A stretch of 64,000 bases of DNA from Streptosporangiaceae bacterium (GTDB lineage Bacteria; Actinomycetota; Actinomycetes; Streptosporangiales; Streptosporangiaceae). Below the pieces are notes generated by a model, which was not told the origin of the DNA, did no database searches, and saw only the letters and a list, made by a program, of their open reading frames with translations. Every line of letters begins with the position of its first letter. Positions within the stretch are counted from its first letter, which is position 1. Of this stretch, positions 18,901 to 27,604 are shown piece after piece. The translations under genes were made by a program, and so were the position numbers. Location: assembly GCA_036258115.1 (NCBI GenBank), contig DATAEH010000081.1:22411-86410 (forward strand), read 5' to 3'.

Positions 18901-19056
18901 GAATGGGTTAAGCCATTGCTCGGCCTCTGCATCGCCGGTCTCTGCCGCGCTATCCCGCCCCCGCTGACCAGACTGCGCGTCCCGGCCATCATCCGAGCCA
19001 TTCTCGCCGGGCTCATCTTGCCCTGGCTTGCGCCGGCCCTTACGCCCCCCGGCCAC
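16000..19056 (-). CDS. 1018-aa low-complexity Gly/Pro/Arg/Tyr/Asp/Gln-rich protein with short conserved helical C-terminus
   Basis: One uninterrupted ORF. GY/PGY/DY-rich repeats run through most of it. The C-terminal MDQIKDLYLTAEAIGEDALNQHFELVSDRQRQLIKEYFNEIG segment is non-repetitive. The exact start is uncertain. Confidence 0.6.
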   Translation of the reverse strand: MAGGRKGRRKPGQDEPGENGSDDGRDAQSGQRGRDSAAETGDAEAEQWLNPFRIGRPVTPVISPRRAAAPSGAQPPGGTDQGSAPEPLLARPVYPEPVQVEPVRSDLPRQVWHEAEPPGQIWHDPDPGQDWEQPGQFPPQTLRLRPGDGYESADGPYPSRQGALGYGPPGGPVEPGHGYHGGYGPPAGYVHDDRGSYPRDDVRAGRQGRGAQPGQWTPAVPGVFDGSLGPGGLPVRRPRPGDGQEDGGPVQRAGYGAGQGGNYGPRDGFDPQVRSSQAGRPAGPRRPDARSGPGADGASVGPGRVSPPGGAGVQGGFGSSQSRRGRFAGQGGHGDHGDAPHNGYGSPPGYGYGAAPPDYGGSRDYGRSPDYVGSPDYVDSPNYDGPSGHGGPAGYNGPQGYAEPRGYDGPGGHKQREGRFAAEGGRGDAGDGAGRTRPGNYVGPDAYDAGRRGRLRNDAPADAPGYRGTYGPPDGRVRRGEYGRPAGYGEQVPPGMPDGYGPAPGGRPDKPPRTGIRRQPGGGAAPRGFQMPGGQYPRNDWRPENGVPDGYRQSGRPHRDRGSDPRGQSRPPPGYPAEASYRRADASTGDQSEWPYEGYDVPPGYQQGDRQDSREGGFQGPADPRPYGRSGWGSQGSGQPGRPTMPADPGWQSQAGRQPPGSGPRRGGYGPPGRRRAGPLPPDAVYGYGPGEPAPLPYDPDMRDGYPDHDARYPNQQGGYAGGPMPDDHRTGGNRPGWAVPTGSGAERARQDGDAGQRAAAGKTSQKRRTGPPAALPPGPSATRAQESAPERASAGSQSRDHHVDAADSPGSALSAAGEERDVSAAAGNASQAKPGVSAPPSPSGIIPPAIGEVPNSASPDAGTNAAGDPSDEVGPDDETTPMAVILGGKAEDQQPAAAAKPDVPAGLPAKRMRGPFEPPDRPDPVEARTPSSDPTTDAGAGDSAEVTAMSDAARASVWSPAAAKMDQIKDLYLTAEAIGEDALNQHFELVSDRQRQLIKEYFNEIGAGRADSHDAAS
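17905..17994 (-). repeat. 18-bp period tandem repeat (5 units) encoding hexapeptides of the (S/P)PDY(G/V)G type
   Basis: The core cgtagtc recurs at 17925, 17943, 17961 and 17979, with a degenerate copy at 17907. The protein reads PPDYGGSRDYGRSPDYVGSPDYVDSPNYDG. Confidence 0.8.
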
Positions 19057-19467
19057 GACTAGAAAGACCGCCGAGGCGCAGGGCAGTCCGCATCTCGCGA
19101 AACGTATGCCCGCACCGACAAGACCTGCTACCTCCGCTACTGCTGCTCGCGATGCAGCCGCCAGACCACCGGGGTCGCCGGGAGATCGCGGGCCGCGCGC
19201 CGCCCCGCCGTTAGTCGCCGGGCAGGCCGATCGGCTGGAGGTTCCGGCTGATAAGCCGGCGAGCCCGGGTTAACCGTCTAACGATTTCACGCGGTAGGGC
19301 ACGCCGCAACCGATCCAATGCAGGTCACAACCTCCAGTCACGGACCCATCATGGCATTTCCGGCTAACGCCAGGCGTGGTGCCGCAAACTCCCGCTCGAG
19401 GTCAGCCGTCGGCTAGGTTGTTGTCACCTAACCGAGACAATCTGACGGCCGATAGCTGGGAGGGGTC

Positions 19468-20829
19468 ATGTCGAACCAGGTCAAGTATGTCCTCCAAGAA
19501 TCCGAGATGCCGCAGCAGTGGTACAACATCATCCCTGACCTGCCCTCGCCTCCGCCGCCACCGTTGCATCCCGGGACGCGCCAGCCTGTCGGGCCCGACG
19601 ACCTGGCGCCGCTTTTCCCGATGGCGCTGATCATGCAGGAGGTCTCTGGCGACCAGCACATCGCGATTCCGGAGCCCGTGCTCGATGTGTACAGGCTCTG
19701 GCGGCCCACGCCGCTGTTCCGGGCGCGGCGGCTCGAGAAGGATCTTGGCACCCCGGCGAAGATTTACTACAAGTACGAGGGCGTCAGCCCCGCAGGCTCA
19801 CACAAGCCCAATACCGCCGTCCCGCAGGCCTATTACAACGCCGCCGAGGGCACCGGGAAGCTCACGACTGAGACCGGCGCCGGCCAGTGGGGCAGTTCGC
19901 TCGCCTTCGCATGCGCCCAGTTCGGCATCGACCTTGAGGTCTGGATGGTGCGGTCGTCCTTCGACCAGAAGCCGTACCGCAAGCTGCTGATGGAGACATA
20001 TGGCGCCACGGTCCACCCGAGTCCGTCAGACGTGACGAATGCGGGCCGGGCGATCCTGGCAGAACATCCGGATTCGACCGGCAGCCTCGGGATCGCGATC
20101 AGCGAGGCCGTTGAGGTCGCCGGCAGTCACGACGACACCAGGTACTCACTCGGCAGCGTCCTCAACCACGTTCTCATGCATCAGACGATCATCGGCGAGG
20201 AGGCGATCAAGCAGCTCGCCCAGGCCGGCGACATGCCCGATGTGATTGTCGGCTGCACCGGCGGCGGCTCGAACTTCGGCGGCCTGGCTTTCCCGTTCCT
20301 GCGGGAGAAGATGGCCGGGCGCATGAACCCGACGATTCGCGCTGTCGAACCCGCCGCCTGCCCGTCCTTCACCCGGGGCACCTACGCATATGACTTTGGC
20401 GACACGGCCGGATTCACGCCATTGCTCAAAATGCACACGCTCGGGCATGAGTTCATTCCGGACCCGATTCACGCGGGCGGGCTGCGTTATCACGGAATGT
20501 CCCCGTTGCTTTCGCACATCTACGAGCTCGGCCTCATCGAAGCAGTGGCGAAGCCGCAATCGGAATGCTTCGCGGCCGGACTGCGATTCGCGCGCACAGA
20601 GGGAATTGTCCCTGCGCCGGAGCCCACGCACGCGGTCGCGGCGGCCATCGAAGAAGCCCTGCGCTGTAAGGAGACCGGCGAGGAGAAGGTCATCCTGACC
20701 GCCCTGTGCGGCCACGGGCTGCTCGACCTTCAGGCCTACGGCGACTACCTGCACGGCGAGATGCGCGACCTCGACCTCAGCGACGCCGCCCTCGCGCAGG
20801 CCATGGCGGGGATACCCGCCGGCGTCTGA
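19468..20829 (+). CDS. trpB2: TrpB-like PLP-dependent enzyme (tryptophan synthase beta chain type 2)
   Basis: 453 aa. The long TrpB2-type N-terminus ([14 protein letters not shown]...), the PLP-lysine motif GSHKPNTA and [11 protein letters not shown] are present. GGGAGGGG precedes the ATG. Confidence 0.9.
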   Translation: MSNQVKYVLQESEMPQQWYNIIPDLPSPPPPPLHPGTRQPVGPDDLAPLFPMALIMQEVSGDQHIAIPEPVLDVYRLWRPTPLFRARRLEKDLGTPAKIYYKYEGVSPAGSHKPNTAVPQAYYNAAEGTGKLTTETGAGQWGSSLAFACAQFGIDLEVWMVRSSFDQKPYRKLLMETYGATVHPSPSDVTNAGRAILAEHPDSTGSLGIAISEAVEVAGSHDDTRYSLGSVLNHVLMHQTIIGEEAIKQLAQAGDMPDVIVGCTGGGSNFGGLAFPFLREKMAGRMNPTIRAVEPAACPSFTRGTYAYDFGDTAGFTPLLKMHTLGHEFIPDPIHAGGLRYHGMSPLLSHIYELGLIEAVAKPQSECFAAGLRFARTEGIVPAPEPTHAVAAAIEEALRCKETGEEKVILTALCGHGLLDLQAYGDYLHGEMRDLDLSDAALAQAMAGIPAGV

Positions 20830-20834
20830 GGCCG

Positions 20835-22763
20835 TCAGTCATCTGTGATCGCGAAGGGTGCCGGGTCCTGGCGGACATCGGATCCTTCGTGATCACGGAT
20901 GAGGCCGACAATCTGCTCGCCGTACTTGGCGAGCTTCGCCTCGCCGACGCCGCCGACCGTGGCGAGCGCGGAAAGTGACGATGGATGCCGCTGCGCGATC
21001 TCGCGCAGCGTCGCGTCATGGAATATGACGTAGGCGGGCACGCCCTGGTCTTTCGCGCTTGCCGCTCGCCACGAGCGCAGCCGCTCGAACAGGCTCGCTG
21101 CCGCGGCGGGTAGCTCGGCCCCCGGCTCCGCGGCCTGGCGAGCGGACCGTGACCTGACCTTCGCGGGCGTTTGCTCCCGCCGCAGCAGGACCTGTCGCTG
21201 GCCCGACAGGACCGCCCCGCTGGCCTCGGTCAGCGCCAGTGTGCCGTAATCGCCGATGACGGCCAGCAACCCCTGCGCGAGCAGTTGCCTGACCACGCCG
21301 CGCCACTCGCTCTCCCGCAAATCCGTGCCGATACCGAACACGGTCAGCGACGCGTGGTCGTGCTCGATCACCTTGGGCGTCTTCCTGCCGAGAAGGATGT
21401 CGATCACCTGGCCCGCTCCGTACCGCTGCCGCCGTTCCCTGTGCAACCGCAGCACCGCCGACAGCAGCTTCTGCGCCGCGATCGTGCCGTCCCAGGTTTC
21501 GGCTGGCGACAAGCAGGTATCGCAATTCCCGCACTGCCCGGCGGGCTCGCCGAAATATCCGAGCATCTGGGTCCTGCGGCACTCGACGGTCTCGCAAAGC
21601 GCGAGCATCGCGTCAAGGTGAGCTGCCTGCCTGCGGCGATGCGCCACGTCGCCATCTGAGGTATCGATAAGCCGTCGCTGCAGCACCACATCCGCCAGCC
21701 CGTACCCCAGCCAGGCCGTGGCTGGGAGGCCGTCACGGCCGGCCCGTCCGGTTTCCTGGTAGTAGCACTCGACCGACTTCGGCAGGTCCAGGTGAGCGAC
21801 AAACCGAACATCTGGTTTGTCGATGCCCATGCCGAAGGCGATTGTCGCCACCATCACCAGGCCGTCCTCGCGCTGGAAGCTGGCCTGATTGGCGGTCCTC
21901 GTCCGCGCCTCAAGGCCCGCGTGATACGGCAACGCGGTGATGCCGTTCCGCGCGAGGAAAGCGGCGGTCTTCTCGACAGAGGCGCGGGACAGGCAGTACA
22001 CGATGCCGGCGTCGCCTGGATGCTCCGTCCGCAGCAGCGTGAGCAGTTGCTTCAGCGGTTCGGCCTTCGGCTCGATCCGGTACCTGATGTTCGGCCGGTC
22101 AAAGCTCGCAACGAATTGCCGCGCCGATCCAAGGTTGAGGCGCGTGATGATCTCCGCCCTGGTGGCCTTCGTCGCGGTGGCGGTCAGTGCGATCCTCGGA
22201 ACTTTCGGCCAGCGCTCGTGCAGCGCGGACAGAGCCAGATAGTCAGGCCGGAAATCGTGCCCCCACTGCGACACGCAATGCGCCTCGTCGATCGCGAACA
22301 GGCTGATCTTGCCGCGGTCAAGGAGGCTGAGCGTGGACTCTGTCCTGAGCCGCTCCGGCGCGAGGTATAGCAGGTCGAGCTCGCCGGCCAGGAAGTCGGC
22401 CTGCGTTGCGGCCCGCTGACCAGCGTCCTGGCTGGAGTTGAGGAAGCCGGCCCGTACCCCGAGCGCCTGCATGGCTTCGACCTGGTCCTGCATCAACGCG
22501 ATCAGCGGCGAGACCACGACGCCAGTTCCCCGCCTGATCAGCGCGGGGATCTGGTAGCACACCGACTTGCCGCCGCCCGTCGGCATCAGCACGAGCGCGT
22601 CGCCACCGGCAACCACATGTTCGATGATTTCCCGCTGCTCGCCACGGAAGGACTCGTAACCGAAGACCCGGCTCAGGATGCCAGCGGCCTCGCTCAGGTC
22701 CTGATCAGCGGACGGGCCGGGAAGCCGGTCCACGGCGCTGGAACCTGGGGCCTGCGACATCAC
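20835..22763 (-). CDS. recQ: ATP-dependent DNA helicase RecQ
   Basis: 642 aa with MPTGGGKS, the DEAH box (DEAHCVSQWGHDFRPDY), a Zn-binding Cys cluster and a C-terminal HRDC domain. Confidence 0.92.
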   Translation of the reverse strand: MMSQAPGSSAVDRLPGPSADQDLSEAAGILSRVFGYESFRGEQREIIEHVVAGGDALVLMPTGGGKSVCYQIPALIRRGTGVVVSPLIALMQDQVEAMQALGVRAGFLNSSQDAGQRAATQADFLAGELDLLYLAPERLRTESTLSLLDRGKISLFAIDEAHCVSQWGHDFRPDYLALSALHERWPKVPRIALTATATKATRAEIITRLNLGSARQFVASFDRPNIRYRIEPKAEPLKQLLTLLRTEHPGDAGIVYCLSRASVEKTAAFLARNGITALPYHAGLEARTRTANQASFQREDGLVMVATIAFGMGIDKPDVRFVAHLDLPKSVECYYQETGRAGRDGLPATAWLGYGLADVVLQRRLIDTSDGDVAHRRRQAAHLDAMLALCETVECRRTQMLGYFGEPAGQCGNCDTCLSPAETWDGTIAAQKLLSAVLRLHRERRQRYGAGQVIDILLGRKTPKVIEHDHASLTVFGIGTDLRESEWRGVVRQLLAQGLLAVIGDYGTLALTEASGAVLSGQRQVLLRREQTPAKVRSRSARQAAEPGAELPAAAASLFERLRSWRAASAKDQGVPAYVIFHDATLREIAQRHPSSLSALATVGGVGEAKLAKYGEQIVGLIRDHEGSDVRQDPAPFAITDD

Positions 22764-22941
22764 CGCGCCAGTCTAGGCCGGAACGCCGACACGGCGGCGC
22801 CGCGATGATGTCCTACCCCGCGGGACGAAATCCGTCAGCTGACCGATGTCTTGCCGCGAAAGGTTCAGCACCATTTCCACTCGTGCTGGTTCGCTGCTGA
22901 AGGCGCCGCCACAAATGCCCAGGCTTAGGAAGGCGAATGGT

Positions 22942-24057
22942 GTGGATGCTCGCAGGCTGAAGGACAGCTTCGCGAAGATCGCCATGCACGGCGACGAGGT
23001 CCCGCTGTTCTTCTACTCTGACCTGTTCATCAGGCACCCCGAGGTGAGGGACCTGTTCCCGGTCTCGATGAAGGCGCAGCGCGATCACCTGGTCGCTGCC
23101 TTAGCGAAGGTCATCTCCCAGGTCGACAGGGCCGATGAGCTCGCAATCTTCCTGAAGGGCCTCGGCAGGGATCACCGCAAGTTCGGCGTCATCGCCGAGC
23201 ACTATGACAGCGTCAGGGACAGCCTGGTGGAGACGATCGCGCACTTCTCAGGCGATGCCTGGACACCGGAGCTGGCCACAGACTGGACCGATGCTTACAG
23301 GCTGATCGCCGACATCATGCTGAGGGCGGCCAAGAAGGACGAGTCGACGAGTCCTGCGTTCTGGCAGGGCACGGTCTTGTCCTGCCAGCGCAAGGCTTTC
23401 GACATATCGGTATTGCAGGTCAGGCCCGAGCCGAGGCTGGACTTCACGCCGGGACAATCCGTCGCGATCGAGTCACCTGCCAGGCCCAGGCTGTGGCGCT
23501 ACTACTCGATGGCCAATGCGCCTCGCGAGGACGGGACCTTGGAGTTTCACGTCAGGCTGATCGACGGCGGCGCCGTCAGCATGGCGCTTACGCTCTTGCA
23601 ATCCGCCGGCAGCACGCTGCGGTTGGGTCCGCCTGTAGGCGTGCTGACGCTCGACAGCACTTCTGGCAGCGACATCCTGATGATCGGCGGCAGCACCGGG
23701 CTGGCGCCGCTGAAGGCGATGATCGAGCAGATCGTGACGCTGCCACAGCCGCGGAAGGTTCATCTGTTCTTCTTCGCGCGCACGATGGATTCGCTCTACG
23801 ACCTTCGCAGCCTCGAGAAGCTGGCAGCCGAGCACGACTGGCTGACCGTCGTTGCCGTGGCGACCGCCGACCCCAAGTTCGAAGGCCAGACAGGCAGCGT
23901 CGCCGACGTCGTGGCCCGCTCGGGTAGCTGGACGGGCCGGGAGGTGTACATCGCCGGCCCGACTGAGATGGTGCGCGAGACGTCAGAGCGGCTGATCTCG
24001 GCCGGAACGCCGCGCGAGCAGATACATATCGAGGATTTCGGGTGGAGCGAGCCATGA
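22942..24057 (+). CDS. globin domain fused to FAD/NAD(P)-binding ferredoxin-reductase-type domain (flavohemoprotein-like)
   Basis: The globin part (LFFYSDLFIRHPEVRDLFP...GRDHRKFGV) is followed by RYYSMAN (RxYS FAD motif) and GGSTGLAPLKAM (NAD motif). The GTG at 22942 is preceded by AGGAAGG; the ORF-track start at 22846 is also possible. Confidence 0.75.
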   Translation: MDARRLKDSFAKIAMHGDEVPLFFYSDLFIRHPEVRDLFPVSMKAQRDHLVAALAKVISQVDRADELAIFLKGLGRDHRKFGVIAEHYDSVRDSLVETIAHFSGDAWTPELATDWTDAYRLIADIMLRAAKKDESTSPAFWQGTVLSCQRKAFDISVLQVRPEPRLDFTPGQSVAIESPARPRLWRYYSMANAPREDGTLEFHVRLIDGGAVSMALTLLQSAGSTLRLGPPVGVLTLDSTSGSDILMIGGSTGLAPLKAMIEQIVTLPQPRKVHLFFFARTMDSLYDLRSLEKLAAEHDWLTVVAVATADPKFEGQTGSVADVVARSGSWTGREVYIAGPTEMVRETSERLISAGTPREQIHIEDFGWSEP

Positions 24058-24743
24058 CGATCGCCTGGCAGGACGAGCAGAAGAGACTGACGCCCGATGA
24101 CGTGCAGTCCGCCAGCTTCCCGCTGTCCAGGCTCGGACGGCGAGGCTACGACGAGGAGCACGTGCGCGCCTTTCTCCGCGAGGTCGAACGAGAGTTAGTG
24201 ACCTTGCTGAACGAGAAGGTGTCCCTGTGGAACGAGGTCGAGCGCCTGCGGCGGCGGATTCTCGCGGGCATGAAGCCGGGCAAGGACGGCGGCGTTCTGT
24301 TCGGGCGCGAGGACGCGCACGTGCATGCGGTGCGGATCCTGTCCAACGCCCAGCTCACGGCCGATCGGTATGTCGCGGACGCGCAGGCGTATAGCCACCG
24401 GCTGACCGAGGAGGCAAGGTCCCGGCGGGACGAGATCTTGACCGAGGCCCAGCGGCACGCGGACATGGTGCTCGCCGAGGCGCAGTCGCGCGCCCGCGAG
24501 GCAGCGCTGGCGACACTCAACGCCCCTGCGGTGGCGCCGCAGATGGAGGCGGACCGCAGCGCCCTGAAGGCAGAGCTTGCGTATCTGCGCACGTTCGGCG
24601 AGGTGTACCGCACCCATTTGCGTGCCTACACCGAGGGGATGCTCCGCAGCATTGCCGAGTGGGAGCGCAGCGAGGCAGGCGCGCTCGAGCAGGCATCGGC
24701 CGACGCCGAAGCCGGCGGCTCGTTCAGCCTCGGTCATCCATAG
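24054..24743 (+). CDS. DivIVA domain-containing protein
   Basis: LTPDDVQSASFPLSRLGRRGYDEEHVRAFLREVERELVTLLNE is the DivIVA N-terminal domain, followed by a coiled coil. The ATG at 24054 overlaps the upstream stop (ATGA). Confidence 0.8.
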   Translation: MTIAWQDEQKRLTPDDVQSASFPLSRLGRRGYDEEHVRAFLREVERELVTLLNEKVSLWNEVERLRRRILAGMKPGKDGGVLFGREDAHVHAVRILSNAQLTADRYVADAQAYSHRLTEEARSRRDEILTEAQRHADMVLAEAQSRAREAALATLNAPAVAPQMEADRSALKAELAYLRTFGEVYRTHLRAYTEGMLRSIAEWERSEAGALEQASADAEAGGSFSLGHP

Positions 24744-24842
24744 CCGTCAGCGGCTGACCGCCCAGTAGCATGGCTCTCCCAGGTCCACGTGGCTCCAGGG
24801 AGTAGGCAGAATGCGCTTCGCGACGCGGGACAGGCTGGCCCG

Positions 24843-25319
24843 ATGAGTGATCGCACCGACCGGGCCAGGCCAGTGGTCGAGATCTACACCGACGGTGCGT
24901 GCAGCGGCAACCCAGGCCCAGGAGGCTGGGGCGCGGTGCTCAGGTACGGCTCGCACACCAAGGAGATCTGCGGCGGCGTGAGCGAAGGCACGACGAACAA
25001 CCGGATGGAACTGATGGCGGCCATCCAGGCGCTCGAGAGCCTCACCAAGCCCGCCACGGTCCGGCTGCACACCGACAGTTCCTACCTGCGTAACGGCATC
25101 ACAGAATGGCTGCCGAAGTGGAAGCGCAATGGCTGGCGGACCTCGGACAAGAAGCCGGTCAAGAACGCCGACTTGTGGCAGCGGCTTGAGGCTGCAGTTG
25201 GCCGCCATCAGGTGGTCTGGCTCTGGGTCAAGGGACATGCGGGCGATCCTGGCAACGAGCGGGCCGATGCACTCGCCAATCAGGGGATGCGCCAGGCGTC
25301 AGGTCAGCGGACGCGCTGA
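24843..25319 (+). CDS. rnhA: ribonuclease HI
   Basis: [24 protein letters not shown] and [16 protein letters not shown] carry the RNase H DEDD catalytic pattern. Confidence 0.9.
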   Translation: MSDRTDRARPVVEIYTDGACSGNPGPGGWGAVLRYGSHTKEICGGVSEGTTNNRMELMAAIQALESLTKPATVRLHTDSSYLRNGITEWLPKWKRNGWRTSDKKPVKNADLWQRLEAAVGRHQVVWLWVKGHAGDPGNERADALANQGMRQASGQRTR

Positions 25320-25350
25320 AAGGTCATCCGTTCCTGGGCGAAGTCCGCGC

Positions 25351-26253
25351 TCAGGTCGTTCGCAGCGCCTTGAGCGCCGCATCGATATCGGGGTACCTGA
25401 AGGCGAATCCGAGCTTCGCCAGTCTCGCAGGCACGCAGCGACGCCCGGTCAGCGCCAGCGCGGGGTCGGTACGCATCAATGCCGCACCAAGCCTGAGCAG
25501 CCAGGCAGGAGTAGGCGGTGCGGCAGGACGGTTCTCCGAGCGCCTGAAAGCCGCCATGAAATCTGCGTTCGTGACCGGCTCAGGGCTAGTCGCATGAACA
25601 ACTCCGGCCAGTCCCTGATCGTCGAGGCAGAACCGGATGATCGCGAGGAAATCCTCGATGTGCAGCCAGCTGATCCACTGGCTTCCTGTACCCATCCGTC
25701 CGCCGAGACCCCAGCGGGTGAGTGAAGCGACCCTGGCATAGGCGGGGGTTCCGCGGTCCAGCACCACCGCCGTGCGCAACACAACCTGGCGGCCGGCTGT
25801 CGCCCCTTTCGCCGCCGTCTCCCACGCCCGGGCGACGCCCGCCATCTGAGCAGGGCTATCAGCCGGCGCTGCTCCCTCGTCAAGGATCGCGTCGCCCGCC
25901 TCACCGTAGATCGCCAGCGTGCTCATCTGGATCCAGACAGCCGGGGGCGTCGCCAGGCCCGCGGCGGCCTGCCTCAGTGCCCGTGTTGGCCGCACCCGGG
26001 AGCTGGTCAGTGACTCGATGTTCGCTGGAGTCGGTCGGACATCGACCAGCTCCCCGGCCAAGTTGATCAGCGCGGCCCCGGCGAGCTCGGTCGCCCACGG
26101 ACCAGTGCCGGCGCCGTCCCACCGAAGCTGCCATCCTGGTCCGCGCGGATCTGGCGAACGGCTCAGCACCACGATGTCGTCGCCCCTGGCGGCCAGATCG
26201 GCGGCGATCCTGCGGCCGAGCGCGCCGTTGCCGCCCGCCAGGACAACCCTCAC
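25351..26253 (-). CDS. TIGR01777-family NAD-dependent epimerase/dehydratase (YfcH-like, DUF1731 C-terminus)
   Basis: Rossmann motif VLAGGNGALGRR, about 300 aa, and a C-terminal GFAFRYPDIDAAL motif. Confidence 0.8.
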   Translation of the reverse strand: MRVVLAGGNGALGRRIAADLAARGDDIVVLSRSPDPRGPGWQLRWDGAGTGPWATELAGAALINLAGELVDVRPTPANIESLTSSRVRPTRALRQAAAGLATPPAVWIQMSTLAIYGEAGDAILDEGAAPADSPAQMAGVARAWETAAKGATAGRQVVLRTAVVLDRGTPAYARVASLTRWGLGGRMGTGSQWISWLHIEDFLAIIRFCLDDQGLAGVVHATSPEPVTNADFMAAFRRSENRPAAPPTPAWLLRLGAALMRTDPALALTGRRCVPARLAKLGFAFRYPDIDAALKALRTT

Positions 26254-26663
26254 GCGTCTCGCACCGCTATGACCATGAGGACAATCGTCGCACTGCGCTG
26301 CTCCGGGGTCTCCCCCCGAGCACCGCAGTGCCGTGTTAGTCCGGGGGACGACCCCCGCAGCGCTCGCATTGTGTCAGGACAGGACTCCTGCCAGGATCTG
26401 GACGGCCTGACCAGCGCTGGCGGCTCGGCGGCAGAGTAGCTGAGCCGGAGATACGGAGCTGGCGGCTCGCTTGGGAACGACATGCTGCCCGGGCTAAGCG
26501 ACAGTCCGCGGACCGCGGCCAGATCGGCGACGTCGACGTCGGACCAGCGGACGCTCGGCTGGTCGGCTTTCCTGCTCGGCGAGCACGTGAGCCTGCTGAG
26601 CGCGGGGGCGGCCGCGACGGTCATTGCCGCGACGGCTGTCGGCAGGAACGCCCGGGTGGACAA
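26250..26663 (-). CDS. hypothetical protein (weak call, possibly a gene remnant)
   Basis: Its stop overlaps the GTG start of the downstream epimerase gene (GTGA). The composition is poor, and only a short LRLSYSAAEP stretch hints at an aminotransferase C-terminus. Confidence 0.25.
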   Translation of the reverse strand: MSTRAFLPTAVAAMTVAAAPALSRLTCSPSRKADQPSVRWSDVDVADLAAVRGLSLSPGSMSFPSEPPAPYLRLSYSAAEPPALVRPSRSWQESCPDTMRALRGSSPGLTRHCGARGETPEQRSATIVLMVIAVRDA

Positions 26664-26920
26664 CGCCGGCCGTGACCGGGTGACTCCCGCCGAGCCACCT
26701 GCCCGCGCACAGACCGCTCAGGCGGCTGCGCCCTAGCCGACCGCCCCATGGTGCTGGGGCGGTACGTGCACCGGGAATGTCCCGGTCGAACAGCGTCCTG
26801 AGCAGGAAGCACTCGACGTCGACTACGACCCCGTGGAACGGCTATGTTGATCGCCGGAAATTCTCCGGCGAATCAGCAACATCATGATTCACGTCCCCGT
26901 TTGTGCGGCACACTGTTGCC

Positions 26921-27472
26921 ATGCAACGTCTGCATTTCCGGGAATCGTCCCTCGTGTCTGCATCACTGCTGGTAGCGGCCGCCTTGGCACTCGGCGCGTG
27001 CAGCAGCGGCGGCGGGGGCGCAGGCGGCGGGAGCACCACGCCCACCGCCCCGGCGACATCGCCGGCCACGTCGACGGCGGCCAGCGGCGAGCCGACGAGC
27101 GGCCCAGGCGCCGTGGCGGCGATCAAGAAGAACTGGGCTACCTTCTTTAACGGCAAGACCCCGACTTCCCAGCGCGTTCAGCTGATCCAGAGCGGCGACA
27201 AGCTCGCCAAGGTCCTCAAGGCCCAGCAGACAGGAAACCCGCTCGCGTCGAGCGCCACAGCCAAGGTCACTCACGTCACGCTAACCGGGACGAACCAGGC
27301 ATCAGTCACCTACTCGATCCTGCTCGGCGGGCAGGCGGCGCTGTCCGGCCAGCCGGGTGTGGCCGTCTACGAAGATGGCGTCTGGAAGGTGGGCCTGGCC
27401 AGCTTCTGCGCCCTCCTCAAGCTCGAGAACTCCGGGAATTCTTCCGGACTGCCATCGGCTTGCAAGGGGTAA
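26921..27472 (+). CDS. lipoprotein, unknown function
   Basis: A signal peptide with lipobox LALGAC is followed by a Gly/Thr/Pro linker and a ~120-aa globular domain. Confidence 0.65.
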   Translation: MQRLHFRESSLVSASLLVAAALALGACSSGGGGAGGGSTTPTAPATSPATSTAASGEPTSGPGAVAAIKKNWATFFNGKTPTSQRVQLIQSGDKLAKVLKAQQTGNPLASSATAKVTHVTLTGTNQASVTYSILLGGQAALSGQPGVAVYEDGVWKVGLASFCALLKLENSGNSSGLPSACKG

Positions 27473-27517
27473 CCACCGCGGAAGCGGCCGACACCGGACC
27501 GGTGCGTAATCTGGTCA

Positions 27518-27546
27518 TTGACAACTAGGTGACCGGAACGTACCGT
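27518..27546 (+). promoter_or_regulatory. candidate sigma-70-type promoter TTGACA-N17-TACCGT for the MFS transporter gene
   Basis: TTGACA at 27518-27523, a 17-nt spacer, then TACCGT (TAnnnT) at 27541-27546. It lies about 60 nt upstream of the ATG at 27605. Confidence 0.35.
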
Positions 27547-27604
27547 CTCCAGCCAATTGCCGTGCGCACGGTGCGGACGGCGGTACTGCCTAAAGGAACG
27601 CCAG

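Noticed and set aside
19057-19467. 410-bp intergenic region upstream of trpB2, examined for a Trp leader/attenuator, T-box or small RNA
   Set aside because: I saw no Trp-codon-rich leader peptide, no terminator/antiterminator pair and no recognisable RNA motif.
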